In this document: positions 18,616-28,847 of the stretch, piece after piece
How positions within the stretch are numbered: the stretch's first letter is position 1
Layout: each line of letters opens with the position of its first letter
DNA from: Desulfobacterales bacterium
GTDB taxonomy: Bacteria; Desulfobacterota; Desulfobacteria; Desulfobacterales; UBA5852
Assembly (NCBI GenBank): GCA_030065275.1
Contig: JASJCV010000005.1
Span: 1 to 42,641, forward strand
Length of the DNA: 42,641 bases
Reading direction: 5' to 3'
The notes under the pieces: generated by a model
What the model saw: only the letters and a program-made list of their open reading frames with translations
The model's database searches: none
Told to the model about the DNA's origin: nothing
Made by a program: the position numbers and the translations under genes

Positions 18616-18903
18616 ATGGTGGTCGGCATGGGGCGTATCGTCTATCGGATTCATGACTGCCGTTCACTGAAAGGCAAGCGCAAGGTGGTCAAAGCCATTG
18701 TCGCCCGGCTGCGCAACAAATTCAACGCGAGCGTGGCCGAGGTCGGCGCCAATGACATCTATCAAAAAGCGGAGATCGGGTTCACCATGGTGGGCAACGA
18801 CCGCACCGTGATCAATTCCAAAGTGGACAAATTTTTCAACATGGCGGAGGATCTGGGGCTGGCCGAAGTCATCGACTCGGAAATGGAAATCTTCAACGCA
18901 TGA
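18616..18903 (+). CDS. DUF503 (YlxP-like) protein
   Basis: MVVG...SLKGKRKVVK..VARLRNKFNASVAEVG..D; lies between infB and rbfA; GGAGG SD. Confidence 0.88.
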   Translation: MVVGMGRIVYRIHDCRSLKGKRKVVKAIVARLRNKFNASVAEVGANDIYQKAEIGFTMVGNDRTVINSKVDKFFNMAEDLGLAEVIDSEMEIFNA

Positions 18904-19277
18904 AGACATATGCACGCTCGGCGCGGGTCAGTCGCCATATCCGCAACCATCTGGCCGAGCTTCTGCGCAAAAAGATACGCGACCCGCGGCTGCGGGCGGT
19001 ATCCATCACCGAGGTCGATCTGTCGCCGGATCTGCGGCTGGCCAGGATCTATTTCAGCACGGCCGGCGACAAGCAGGCGGTGACAAATGCCGAAGCCGGC
19101 TTTGTCCAGGCGCGCGCCTTCATCAAACGCCACCTGGCCGCCAATCTCGGGTTGCGCTACATGCCGGAGTTGCGCTTTTTCCATGACACCTCGCTTGAAT
19201 ACGGCGCGCGCATCGAGAACCTTTTAAAGAAACTCGGCGGGGAGAATGAAGAGCCTCATATCCCATCTGATGAATAG
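18900..19277 (+). CDS. rbfA: Ribosome-binding factor A
   Basis: IRDPRL..VSITEVDLSPDLRLARIYFS...LRYMPELRFFHDTSLEYGARIE. Confidence 0.95.
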   Translation: MKTYARSARVSRHIRNHLAELLRKKIRDPRLRAVSITEVDLSPDLRLARIYFSTAGDKQAVTNAEAGFVQARAFIKRHLAANLGLRYMPELRFFHDTSLEYGARIENLLKKLGGENEEPHIPSDE

Positions 19278-20220
19278 CCGGACGGTCTTCCTGGCCACGC
19301 ACGTCAATCCCGACGGCGACGCCCTGGGGGCGGTTCTGGCCATGGGATTGGCCCTGCAATCGTCCGGCCGGAAGATCGATATGTACAACGAGAGCCCGAT
19401 TCCGGCGGTGTACCGATTTCTGCCGGGGATTGAACAGATCAAACGCCAGGCGCCGTCGCCGTTTGAGTACGAAACGGTGGTCGTCCTGGACTGTGGCGAC
19501 CTGGACCGCGTGGGTGCTGTCGCCGCCCGAATCCAGGATAGCCCGCGGGTGATCAACATCGATCACCATGTCACCAATACCGGATTCGGTCATTATCAAC
19601 TGGTCGACCCCGAGGCCAGCTCGTCGACCGAAATCGTCTACCGGATTTTAAAACAAATGCGCATCGCCATTGACACGGCGATGGCGACTTCGATCTACAC
19701 CGGCATACTGACGGATACGGGCTCGTTTCGTTTCGCGAACACCAATAGCCGCGCATTCGACATCTGTGCGGAAATGGTCGGCTGCGGCGTGGATCCCTAT
19801 GTGGTGGCACAGCATGTTTATGGCACCTATTCGCTCGGACGCATCAAGCTGCTCAACATGGCGCTGGACTCGATTGAAATATCGCCCAACGGCAAACTTT
19901 CGCTCATGACCCTGACCCGGGCCATGTTTGCGGAAACCGACACCCAGCCCGAAGATGTCGACGGCATGATCAATTACGCCAAGCGCATCGAGGATGTCCG
20001 TGTGGCGGCCCTGATCATGGAAAATGCCAACGGTCGTGATACGGGGACCAATGGCCACAAGCGCTATCATGTCAGCCTGCGTTCGGACGGCTCCGTCGAC
20101 GTGGCCCGTATCGCCGCGTCATTCGGCGGCGGCGGGCACTTCACTGCCGCCGGCTTCGGTGCGGATGGCGCACTGAACGAACTGAAGGGGTTGATCTACG
20201 CGATTGCCAGCAAGCTTTGA
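19246..20220 (+). CDS. nrnA: DHH/DHHA1 phosphoesterase (NrnA-like oligoribonuclease/pAp phosphatase)
   Basis: THVNPDGDALG, LDC, NIDHH, TDTGSF, SLRS, FGGGGH..AAG. Confidence 0.88.
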   Translation: MKSLISHLMNSRTVFLATHVNPDGDALGAVLAMGLALQSSGRKIDMYNESPIPAVYRFLPGIEQIKRQAPSPFEYETVVVLDCGDLDRVGAVAARIQDSPRVINIDHHVTNTGFGHYQLVDPEASSSTEIVYRILKQMRIAIDTAMATSIYTGILTDTGSFRFANTNSRAFDICAEMVGCGVDPYVVAQHVYGTYSLGRIKLLNMALDSIEISPNGKLSLMTLTRAMFAETDTQPEDVDGMINYAKRIEDVRVAALIMENANGRDTGTNGHKRYHVSLRSDGSVDVARIAASFGGGGHFTAAGFGADGALNELKGLIYAIASKL

Positions 20221-21175
20221 TACGGCGAAGGAAAACCTGGGGACGGGCGGCATTGTTATTTTGGATAAACCCGAGGGGCTATCGTCCGCCCAAGCCGTCG
20301 GTCGGGTCAAAAGACTCCTCGGTGCCCGCAAGGCCGGCCACGCCGGTACCTTGGACCCATTTGCCACCGGAGTTCTGGTGTGCATGCTGAACCAGGCCAC
20401 GCGTCTCGGCCGCTTTTTGTTGGCGGGCGAAAAAACCTACGAGGCCGTTCTGCATCTAGGTATTGCCACCGATACCCAGGACGGCACCGGACAGGTTGTC
20501 GAACGTCGGCCGATCGCAGCGGATATCGAAGAACGGCTCGCGGAGGCTTTCCATTGCTTCGAAGGGGACATCGAACAGGCGCCGCCGGCGTACTCGGCCC
20601 TCAAGCACAAAGGTGTGCCCCTTTACAAGCTGGCGCGCCGGGGGCGGCCGGTTTACAAGCCGGCCCGACAGGTGCGCATCAGCGCTTTAACGATCAAAGC
20701 GGTGAATTTGCCGGAAATTCACTTTCGGGTGACCTGTTCGGCCGGTACGTACATCCGCAGTCTGTGTGCCGACATCGGCCAAGCGTTGGGGTGCGGAGGT
20801 CATTTGAGCCAACTGCGGCGAACGGGCAGCAGCGGTTTTGGCATTGAAGCCGCCGTTGATCTGACCGAACTGGAAAGGCGGGTGCGCGACCCCCGAGCGG
20901 ACGTGCCGCTAATTTCCCCGGCCGCGGCCCTGCCGGGTATGGAAGCGCTGGTCGCCGACGAGGGCACGATCCGGAAAATCAGCAACGGCGTCCGCCTGAC
21001 ACCGATCGATTTGCCGCTGCCCGCGCCCCGGAGGCCGGACATCCGAGAGGACCGCGGGACGCGGTTCTACAAGATTATCGATGGCCGGAAACGACTATGG
21101 GCGATTGTTACATTTCGGCCCGGGGAGCAAACATACGATTATTGCTGCGTTTTTCCCAAGACAACCGCTGGCTGA
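20204..21175 (+). CDS. truB: tRNA pseudouridine(55) synthase
   Basis: LDKPEGLSS, KAGHAGTLDPFATGVL, PPAYSALK..G.PLYKLAR, CSAGTYIRSL; start codon uncertain (TTG 20204 or CTG 20237). Confidence 0.95.
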   Translation: MPASFDTAKENLGTGGIVILDKPEGLSSAQAVGRVKRLLGARKAGHAGTLDPFATGVLVCMLNQATRLGRFLLAGEKTYEAVLHLGIATDTQDGTGQVVERRPIAADIEERLAEAFHCFEGDIEQAPPAYSALKHKGVPLYKLARRGRPVYKPARQVRISALTIKAVNLPEIHFRVTCSAGTYIRSLCADIGQALGCGGHLSQLRRTGSSGFGIEAAVDLTELERRVRDPRADVPLISPAAALPGMEALVADEGTIRKISNGVRLTPIDLPLPAPRRPDIREDRGTRFYKIIDGRKRLWAIVTFRPGEQTYDYCCVFPKTTAG

Positions 21176-21301
21176 CCTGGCGGGCCGCCCTCGGCGGCAT
21201 CGGGAAAAGTCCGCACGGGTAGAAAATCCCCCAGGGAGGGGATCCCAACGATTCGAAACCAACGTCATTAGAGACACTTTCCAAGAGGAGGACTAGAGAC
21301 C

Positions 21302-21571
21302 GTGGTATTTTCAACCGAGGATAAAAAAAGGCTTATCGATCAGCACAAGCTGCACGATGCGGACACCGGCTCCCCTGAAGTCCAGGCGGCGCTGCTGACC
21401 CATCGGATTTCCTACCTGACCGAGCATCTGAAGATCCACAAAAAGGATCATCACTCCCGTCGCGGCTTGCTGATGCTGGTCGGACGCCGGCGGCGCCTGC
21501 TGAATTATGTCAAAAACAAGGATGTCAATCGCTACCGCACGATTATCGAAACGCTTGGCCTGCGCCGCTGA
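21302..21571 (+). CDS. rpsO: 30S ribosomal protein S15
   Basis: [45 protein letters not shown]; GTG start. Confidence 0.98.
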   Translation: MVFSTEDKKRLIDQHKLHDADTGSPEVQAALLTHRISYLTEHLKIHKKDHHSRRGLLMLVGRRRRLLNYVKNKDVNRYRTIIETLGLRR

Positions 21572-21750
21572 TCAGCCGGCCCACGCCGACGGCGGCCTCC
21601 GCACACGGCGCGGCCGACCGCAACCGCCACGCGGTGGCACCCAAACATAACGGTCGCATCCACTCATTTCGGAAACGTTCCGAAAAGAATACGACCATCA
21701 CGATTGAAGCCTCGAGCCAAAGGGCTTAGCTTTAATCGGAAGGAAAGACT

Positions 21751-23862
21751 ATGGAAAAACTATTCAAAGCAGAAATCGGGGGAAAAACCCTGAGTATTCA
21801 GAGCGGGAAAATGGCCAAGCAGGCCTCCGGTTCGGCTCTGGTTCAATACGGCGAGACCATCGTGCTCGTTTCAGCGGTTTCCGCCCGTGAAGAACGGCCG
21901 GTGGATTTTCTTCCGCTGACCGTCGAATATCAGGAAAAAATCTATGCTGCCGGGCGCATTCCCGGAAACTATTTTCGTCGCGAAATCGGACGGCCCAGCG
22001 AAAAGGAAACCCTTACGGCCCGTTTGATCGACCGTCCCATACGGCCGCTGTTCCCCAAGGGCTATCGATATGAAACGCAGGTCATCGCCACCGTCCTGTC
22101 GATGGACCAGGAGAATGACCCGGATGTCCTGGCCATGATCGGAGCCTCGGCGGCCCTGGGCAATTCGGATATCCCCTTTGCCGGCCCGATTGCATCGGTT
22201 CGCGTGGGCCGTGTCGACGGCAAGCTGCAAGTCAATCCACCGCTGTGCGATTGCGACAACTGCGACCTTAACATAATCGTGGCCGGCTCGCGCACCGGCA
22301 TCGTTATGGTCGAGGGCGGCGGTAACATCGTGAGCGAAGCCGACATGCTCGAAGCCATCTTTTTCGGGCATCAGGCCATGCAGCCGATCATCGACATGCA
22401 GGAATCCATGCAGGCCGAATGCGGACAGCCCAAACGCGAATTCGTACCACCCGAAAAGGATGAAGCCCTGGCCGAACAGATTGCGGCCCAAGCCAGCGAA
22501 CGCCTGCGCGAAGCCGCCCTGGTGCCCACCAAAGTCGAGCGCAGCAAGGCCCTGCGGGCCGTCAAGGAAGCGATTCTTGAAGCGCTGGGCGATGATCTGG
22601 CCGAGCGTAAGAGCGAAGTTTTCGGCATTCTGGGCGATCTTCAGAAAAAAATCTGCCGCAAGATCATTCTGGAAGAAGGCCGTCGATTGGACGGGCGCCG
22701 TTTCGACGAAGTCCGCCCGATCAACTGCGAGGTCGGCCTCCTGCCCCGTCCCCACGGCAGCGCCCTGTTCACCCGCGGCGAAACCCAGGTCCTGGGCGTA
22801 CTGACCCTGGGCTCCGGCCAGGACGAGCAACGGGTCGAAACCCTCAGTGGGGAAGAATTCCGCCCGTTCATGCTGCACTACAATTTCCCGCCCTATTCGG
22901 TGGGTGAGGTGCGGCGCATCGGTGGTCCCAGCCGGCGGGATATCGGCCACGGCGGCCTCTCCACCCGGGCCCTGGAGAGAATCCTGCCCGACAAGGAAGA
23001 CTTTGACTACACCATCCGCCTGGTTTCGGAGGTTCTTGAGTCCAACGGCTCATCCTCGATGGGCACGGTCTGCTCGGGCACCATGGCCCTGATGGACGGC
23101 GGCGTGCCGATCAAGGCCCCGGTGGCCGGCATCGCCATGGGTCTGGTCAAGGAGGGCGATAATGTCGTCATTCTTTCCGACATCCTGGGCGATGAAGACC
23201 ACACGGGCGATATGGATTTTAAAGTGGCCGGCACGGCCGAAGGTGTGACCGCGCTGCAGATGGACATCAAGATTCTCGAACTCTCGCGCGACATTATGGA
23301 AAATGCGCTGGAGCAGGCCCGTCGCGGGCGGCTGCACATTCTCGGGAAAATGCACGAGGCCATTGCGGCGCCGCGCGAGAAAATCTCACCCTACGCCCCG
23401 GCGATCCTGACGATGGAAGTGCATCCCGACAAGATACGCGAAATCATCGGCCCCGGCGGGAAGACCATCCGGGCCATCCAGACCGAAACCAATACCCGGG
23501 TTGAAATCGACGATGCGGGCATCGTGAAAATCGCCGCCGTATCCAAGGAAGACGGCGATGCCGCCATCAAGATGGTCGAGGAAATCACCCAGGAACCCGA
23601 AATCGGTAAAATCTACGAAGGTACCGTGGTCAAAGTGATGGATTTCGGCGCTTTCGTTCAAATCCTGCCCGGCACGGACGGTCTCTGCCACATTTCCCAG
23701 CTGGCCACCCACCGGGTCAACAATGTTTCCGACATCGTCAAGGAAGGCGACAAGCTGCGGGTCAAGGTGCTTGAAATCAACCGGGACGGCAAGATCCGGC
23801 TAAGCCATAAGGCGATTCTCGAAGAGGAAGGCAAACGCTCCCATGGCCACCGCCGTAAATAA
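21751..23862 (+). CDS. pnp: Polyribonucleotide nucleotidyltransferase (PNPase)
   Basis: [62 protein letters not shown] and S1 domains. Confidence 0.98.
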   Translation: MEKLFKAEIGGKTLSIQSGKMAKQASGSALVQYGETIVLVSAVSAREERPVDFLPLTVEYQEKIYAAGRIPGNYFRREIGRPSEKETLTARLIDRPIRPLFPKGYRYETQVIATVLSMDQENDPDVLAMIGASAALGNSDIPFAGPIASVRVGRVDGKLQVNPPLCDCDNCDLNIIVAGSRTGIVMVEGGGNIVSEADMLEAIFFGHQAMQPIIDMQESMQAECGQPKREFVPPEKDEALAEQIAAQASERLREAALVPTKVERSKALRAVKEAILEALGDDLAERKSEVFGILGDLQKKICRKIILEEGRRLDGRRFDEVRPINCEVGLLPRPHGSALFTRGETQVLGVLTLGSGQDEQRVETLSGEEFRPFMLHYNFPPYSVGEVRRIGGPSRRDIGHGGLSTRALERILPDKEDFDYTIRLVSEVLESNGSSSMGTVCSGTMALMDGGVPIKAPVAGIAMGLVKEGDNVVILSDILGDEDHTGDMDFKVAGTAEGVTALQMDIKILELSRDIMENALEQARRGRLHILGKMHEAIAAPREKISPYAPAILTMEVHPDKIREIIGPGGKTIRAIQTETNTRVEIDDAGIVKIAAVSKEDGDAAIKMVEEITQEPEIGKIYEGTVVKVMDFGAFVQILPGTDGLCHISQLATHRVNNVSDIVKEGDKLRVKVLEINRDGKIRLSHKAILEEEGKRSHGHRRK

Positions 23863-25105
23863 AACGGTATTGTCCAACGGGATCAAAATCCTGACCAAAC
23901 GGATGCCGCAGGTGCATTCCGTTTCCATGGGGGTGTGGGTCAACGTCGGTGCGCGCGACGAAGCGCTGCGCGAAAACGGCCTTTCCCACCTGATCGAGCA
24001 CATGATCTTCAAGGGCACCCGTCGGCGCAGTGCCTACCAGATCGCCAAAGAATTCGATGCCATCGGCGGGCAGACCAATGCCTTCACCGCCATGGAAAAC
24101 ACCTGCTACCATGCCCGTGTCCTGGAGGCCCACCTGGAGACCATGGTCGATATCCTGACGGACATCTTCCTGAATTCGGTCTTCGACGCCCAGGAGGTGG
24201 AGCGCGAACGCCCGGTGATTCTCCAGGAAATCGGAATGGTCGAGGACAGCCCCGAAGAGTACGTTCACATTCTGAGCGGCCGCAACTTTTGGGGCGACAA
24301 CCCTCTGGGCCGCTCCATTCTGGGTTCGCCCGAAAATATCGTACGCTTCGACGACGAGGCCGTGCGCGGATTCTTCCAACGCTGCTACCAACCCGAGCGC
24401 ATCGTGGTGGCCGCGGCCGGAAACGTTGAACACCAGGTGCTGGTCGACCTGATCAGCCCGGCGTTTGAAGGCATTGCACCAGGCTGCGATTTTCCGGAAC
24501 GAACCACCCCCGAAACACGCGCGCTGGTGGATATCTGCCACCGCCAACTCGAACAGGCCCACATCTGTCTGTCCACACCCGGCATCGCCACCACCGACCC
24601 GCGCCGCTACGCCTTCTCGTTGATGAACACGATTTGCGGCGGGAACATGAGCTCCCGGCTTTTTCAGGAAATTCGCGAAAAACGCGGGCTGGCCTATTCG
24701 GTCTACTCCTACATCAGTTCCTTCGAGGACACCGGCATGTTCGGCGCCTATGCCGGCGTCGAACCGGCCAAGGCCGTGGAGGTCACCGCCCTGATTATTG
24801 AAGCGCTGCGCCGGCTTGAAAATGAGCCGGTCGGGCCATCGGAGTTGCGGGACGCACAGGAATACACCAAGGGCAGCATGCTGCTGGCGGCCGAAAACAC
24901 TGACAATCAAATGGTGCGCCTGGCGCAGGGCGAAATCAACTTCGGCCGCCACATCCCGCTGTCCGACGTGGTTACACGGGTCGAAGCCGTAGGGGCGGAT
25001 GACATTCAGAGCCTGGCGGCCACCCTTTTCCACGAAGATCCGTTTGTACTCACGGTGCTGGGCCCATTGACCGACAAGGAAACCTTCTCGACGCTCGTTC
25101 GCTAA
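23843..25105 (+). CDS. M16 (pitrilysin-family) zinc peptidase
   Basis: [11 protein letters not shown] (HxxEH), [22 protein letters not shown]. Confidence 0.92.
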   Translation: MATAVNKTVLSNGIKILTKRMPQVHSVSMGVWVNVGARDEALRENGLSHLIEHMIFKGTRRRSAYQIAKEFDAIGGQTNAFTAMENTCYHARVLEAHLETMVDILTDIFLNSVFDAQEVERERPVILQEIGMVEDSPEEYVHILSGRNFWGDNPLGRSILGSPENIVRFDDEAVRGFFQRCYQPERIVVAAAGNVEHQVLVDLISPAFEGIAPGCDFPERTTPETRALVDICHRQLEQAHICLSTPGIATTDPRRYAFSLMNTICGGNMSSRLFQEIREKRGLAYSVYSYISSFEDTGMFGAYAGVEPAKAVEVTALIIEALRRLENEPVGPSELRDAQEYTKGSMLLAAENTDNQMVRLAQGEINFGRHIPLSDVVTRVEAVGADDIQSLAATLFHEDPFVLTVLGPLTDKETFSTLVR

Positions 25106-25129
25106 CCGCGCTGCCGGGGGTACGATCCG

Positions 25130-25600
25130 ATGCCGACCTCGACCCGTTTACCGACGCTCTCCTTTCAGCGCCTGCGCGCCGAAGAAGACGGCGACATCCC
25201 GCTGCCCCGCTACATGACCCCCCAGGCCGCCGGCATGGACCTGCATGCCGCCGTCGGCAGCCCGACGACCATCGCCCCCGGGGGCATTGCCTTGATTCCG
25301 ACCGGTTTCGCCATGGCCCTGCCACCGGGATTCGAAGGCCAGATCCGGCCCCGCAGCGGGCTGGCCGTAAAACACGGCATCGGCCTGATCAATTCGCCCG
25401 GCACGATCGACAGCGACTACCGCGGAGAAGTCAAAATTCCGCTGATCAACCTGGGTGATGCGCCCTACACGGTGCAGCGCGGCGACCGCATCGCCCAGAT
25501 GGTGATCCAGAAAGTCTACCGCGTCCAACTGCAGGTCGTGGAATCCCTCGATTCGACGTCGCGCGACACCGGAGGTTTCGGCCATACGGGCGTGCGTTAA
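25130..25600 (+). CDS. dut: dUTP diphosphatase
   Basis: [43 protein letters not shown]. Confidence 0.97.
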   Translation: MPTSTRLPTLSFQRLRAEEDGDIPLPRYMTPQAAGMDLHAAVGSPTTIAPGGIALIPTGFAMALPPGFEGQIRPRSGLAVKHGIGLINSPGTIDSDYRGEVKIPLINLGDAPYTVQRGDRIAQMVIQKVYRVQLQVVESLDSTSRDTGGFGHTGVR

Positions 25601-25656
25601 TTTCAATGGGTGCCGGGCAAGACCGCCCGGGCAGCCCACAGCCCGGCGGCCCCGAC

Positions 25657-26457
25657 ATGACAGACCAAGAACACGATATCTGCTTCTGTGCGTTGGCCAG
25701 CGGCAGCCGCGGCAACGCCATCTACCTGGCTGCCGGTGCGCATGCCCTCCTGATCGATGCCGGCCTTTCAGGCCGCGAAATCGAAAAACGGCTCGGCCAG
25801 CAAGGCCTTGACCCACGGCGTCTGGCGGCCATCCTCGTCACGCATGAGCATACGGATCACATTCGTGGCGTCGGTGTCCTCGCCCGGCGCTATAAGCTTC
25901 CGGTTTACATGAGTGCCGACACCCATCGGGTCATCGGGGACAGCCTCGGCCGCCTGCCCGCCTGCCACCATTTTCAAGCCGGCAAGGCCTTTCGCCTCGC
26001 GGACTTCCACATCCACCCGTTTGCGCTCTCCCACGACGCCGCCGACCCGGTCGGTTTCACGATCGCCTACAACGGGCGGCGCATCGGGCTGGCCACCGAT
26101 TTGGGCCTGGCCACCGGGCTGGTGGAAGAACACCTCAAGGGCTGTGATCTTCTATTGATCGAAGCCAACCATGACCGGGAAATGCTGATCGAAGGCCCCT
26201 ACCCCTGGCATTTGAAACAACGCATCCGAAGCCGCAACGGCCATTTGTCGAATACGGCCGCAGGCGAGCTGCTGGCCCGCATCGCCCATCCAAAATTGCG
26301 CCAAATCGTTCTGGGACATCTGAGCGAAACCAACAACTCGCCCCGTATCGCCCATCAAACCGTTCGGCAGGCCCTGAATCCATATGCGATCCCCGTCCAT
26401 ATCGCCTGCCAGGACCGCAGCAGCCCCGTTTTCCACCTCCAATCCCGACAAAATTGA
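25657..26457 (+). CDS. MBL-fold metallo-hydrolase (YycJ/WalJ-like)
   Basis: LASGSRGN, THEHTDH, SHDAADP, ATDLG, EANHD, GPYPWHLKQRI, GHLSN, HLSETNN. Confidence 0.9.
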   Translation: MTDQEHDICFCALASGSRGNAIYLAAGAHALLIDAGLSGREIEKRLGQQGLDPRRLAAILVTHEHTDHIRGVGVLARRYKLPVYMSADTHRVIGDSLGRLPACHHFQAGKAFRLADFHIHPFALSHDAADPVGFTIAYNGRRIGLATDLGLATGLVEEHLKGCDLLLIEANHDREMLIEGPYPWHLKQRIRSRNGHLSNTAAGELLARIAHPKLRQIVLGHLSETNNSPRIAHQTVRQALNPYAIPVHIACQDRSSPVFHLQSRQN

Positions 26458-26738
26458 AATTTGCATATCTATATTTTGGCGTTCACTCCGCGCCATTTCA
26501 CCACATATAGTGCCAGCAAACCCGCCGGGCCACAACAGAGGGGATTCCTATGGCCGCGCTCAAACAATTTTCAAACAAATTCAATATGTCACAGGGTGTA
26601 TTTGGTTGAACTGCCGGTGTTTCTATGCTACTTTTTCGAATTACGACCGCTATGTTACATTCGTCGTTCGATCGTTACAGGGCCGCCCAATATTGAACTC
26701 GACATCGCACTGATCCACCGGCGGAAGGAAAGGCTTGG

Positions 26739-28847
26739 ATGATGGAGCGGGCTTATCGCGACACTCACGAAATGCTGCCCCCTGCGGAAACGAAGAATGA
26801 AAACAACCAAGCCACGGAAGGCGCCCCGGACCCGACGACGGCACAACCCCGGCCCAAACAACCGCGCTACGGCCGTTCGTACCTGATCAACAAGCTCAAT
26901 TATATCAATTTTCAGAACGGCACCATCCAGTTGGTGCTCACGCACCGCCGCTTCGACCAGACCACCATCTGCATTGCCCGTCCCCTGCCCTGCGAGGGCC
27001 GCCGCCTGGTTTGCCGCTGGTCGGACCCCCACCCCTCGGCCGCGCTGCTTGAAAACTATCGTTTCAGTGCGTTGTTCGTCAACGACGGGCGCCACGCGCT
27101 GGAAGTCGTGCCCCGGGTCGTGCGCATGGACGAGAAGGAGATTGAGCTTGAACTGCCCGACGAATGCCGCGAGGTGGCCAACCGCCGCGATACACGCTAT
27201 GCCTGCGATCGGATTCCGGTCCAGGTCATACAGAACAGCATGCTGTTCCGCGGGGTGCTGCTCGAGTTCAGTACCCGCGCGTTTCGAATCGCCCTGACCG
27301 TCGCACCGCCGCAGACCTTCCAATGCTTGGATCACGCCAAGCCACTGAACCTAATCGTTTTTGACGGCGACGAGCTCGTTTTCACGGGCGACTTCACCAT
27401 CCTTAAAAGCGGCGACGGGCGCCATGAGCGGGAATTTGTCCTCAAGCCCGAAATCAAGGCCATTCAGCGCTACAACGCCAAAGTTTATCGCAGTAAGCGG
27501 ATCGAACTGAAACCGGCCCCCAACATCGTCTTCCGGCACCCCCTCACCAGCCAGACGGTCAACCTGAAAGTGCTGGACCTGTCCGGCTCCGGGCTTTCGG
27601 TATCCGAGGGCGCCGGGCACTCGCTGCTGCTTCCCGGCATGATGTTGAACGAGGTCGAACTCCTATTTGCCGACAGCCTCACGCTTAACTTCAAAGCCCA
27701 GGTGCTTTACCGCAACCCCAAGCACAGCGAAGACAGGACCGGCGATATCGTCAACGGCCTGGCCATCATCGACATGGCCAGCGGCGACCACCTCAAACTG
27801 CTCAGTTTGCTGCAGCAGGCTGAAAATCAGAATGCCTACATCAATACGCGCATCGAGCTGGATGCCCTGTGGGACTTCTTTTTCGAAACCGGTTTCATCT
27901 ACCCGAAGAAATACGCTTTCATCCAGGCCAACAAGGAGACCATCAAAGAGACTTATTGGAGGCTGTATACGCAGAATCCGACCGTTGCGCGCCACTTCAT
28001 CTACCAGACCGAGGGGCGCATCATGGCCCACATGGGCATGGTGCGCCTTTACGAGAACGCCTGGCTGATCCACCACCATGCCGCCCGCAAGCGCTCCCTG
28101 GTGCACGCCGGCCTCACGGTTCTCAACCAGATCGGCCATTTCATCTACGATTCCCATCGGCTCTATTCGATGCACATGAAATACCTGATGTGCTATTTTC
28201 AGCCTGAAAATAATTTTCCCAACAGCGTCTTCGGCGGCTTCGCCCGCTACATCAACGACCGCGCCTGCTGCTCGCTGGACAATTTCGCCTATTTTCACTT
28301 GCCGGCACTCGAGGAGGCCGACAGCAGCAGCCTGCCCGACGAATGGACCCTCGATCACTGCACCGCAGCGGATATGGAGGAAATCGGGAACTGGTACCGG
28401 CACCAGATCGGCGGACCGATGTTGGACTGCCTCGATCTGGACACCCAGATGTTCGCCTCGACGGACCTGGCCGAAGAATACCGGCGCCACGGGTTTGCCA
28501 AAGATCGGCTGCTCTTGAGCCTGCGCCGCAACAACCGTATTCAGGCCTGCATCATCATTCATCGCACCGACATCGGGCTGAATTTGTCGGACCTCACCAA
28601 TTGTGTGAAGATCCTGCTGATCGACAGGCGCTCCATGAGCCGCAAGATTCTTCTCAAAAGTCTTCGGCTCCTGTACCAAAGACACGCCCTCAACCCGGAT
28701 ATGCCGGTTCTGCTAAATCCCAGCGATTTCGCCGAGCAGACCGCCATTCCTGTGGAAAAAAACTACAGTCTCTGGATTTTGAATACGCGCCACTCCGATA
28801 AATATTTCGGCTTTCTGAGCAAAATGTTCAAACTGGCACGCGAATGA
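26739..28847 (+). CDS. Large PilZ-domain protein with uncharacterised C-terminal (possibly GNAT-like) domain
   Basis: Two PilZ-like repeats: RRDTR...EFSTRAF (degenerate) and RSKR...DLSGSG; about 340-aa C-terminal domain from LWDFFFETGFIYPKKY onward. Confidence 0.7.
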   Translation: MMERAYRDTHEMLPPAETKNENNQATEGAPDPTTAQPRPKQPRYGRSYLINKLNYINFQNGTIQLVLTHRRFDQTTICIARPLPCEGRRLVCRWSDPHPSAALLENYRFSALFVNDGRHALEVVPRVVRMDEKEIELELPDECREVANRRDTRYACDRIPVQVIQNSMLFRGVLLEFSTRAFRIALTVAPPQTFQCLDHAKPLNLIVFDGDELVFTGDFTILKSGDGRHEREFVLKPEIKAIQRYNAKVYRSKRIELKPAPNIVFRHPLTSQTVNLKVLDLSGSGLSVSEGAGHSLLLPGMMLNEVELLFADSLTLNFKAQVLYRNPKHSEDRTGDIVNGLAIIDMASGDHLKLLSLLQQAENQNAYINTRIELDALWDFFFETGFIYPKKYAFIQANKETIKETYWRLYTQNPTVARHFIYQTEGRIMAHMGMVRLYENAWLIHHHAARKRSLVHAGLTVLNQIGHFIYDSHRLYSMHMKYLMCYFQPENNFPNSVFGGFARYINDRACCSLDNFAYFHLPALEEADSSSLPDEWTLDHCTAADMEEIGNWYRHQIGGPMLDCLDLDTQMFASTDLAEEYRRHGFAKDRLLLSLRRNNRIQACIIIHRTDIGLNLSDLTNCVKILLIDRRSMSRKILLKSLRLLYQRHALNPDMPVLLNPSDFAEQTAIPVEKNYSLWILNTRHSDKYFGFLSKMFKLARE

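Noticed and set aside
9252-25033. Many long antisense or alternate-frame ORFs (e.g. 9252-10232, 15878-17383, 17573-18667, 21871-22950, 23777-25033)
   Set aside because: Shadows of well-identified GC-rich housekeeping genes, with no motifs of their own
26500-26516. TGGCAC on the minus strand as a sigma54 promoter (similar TGGCA hits near 13560, 28834, 30970, 32750)
   Set aside because: None has TTGC/GC at the required -12 spacing
26510-26560. GCAAACCC stretch as a possible c-di-GMP-I riboswitch upstream of the PilZ gene
   Set aside because: Lacks the GAAA tetraloop stem and the GACGCAAAGC core
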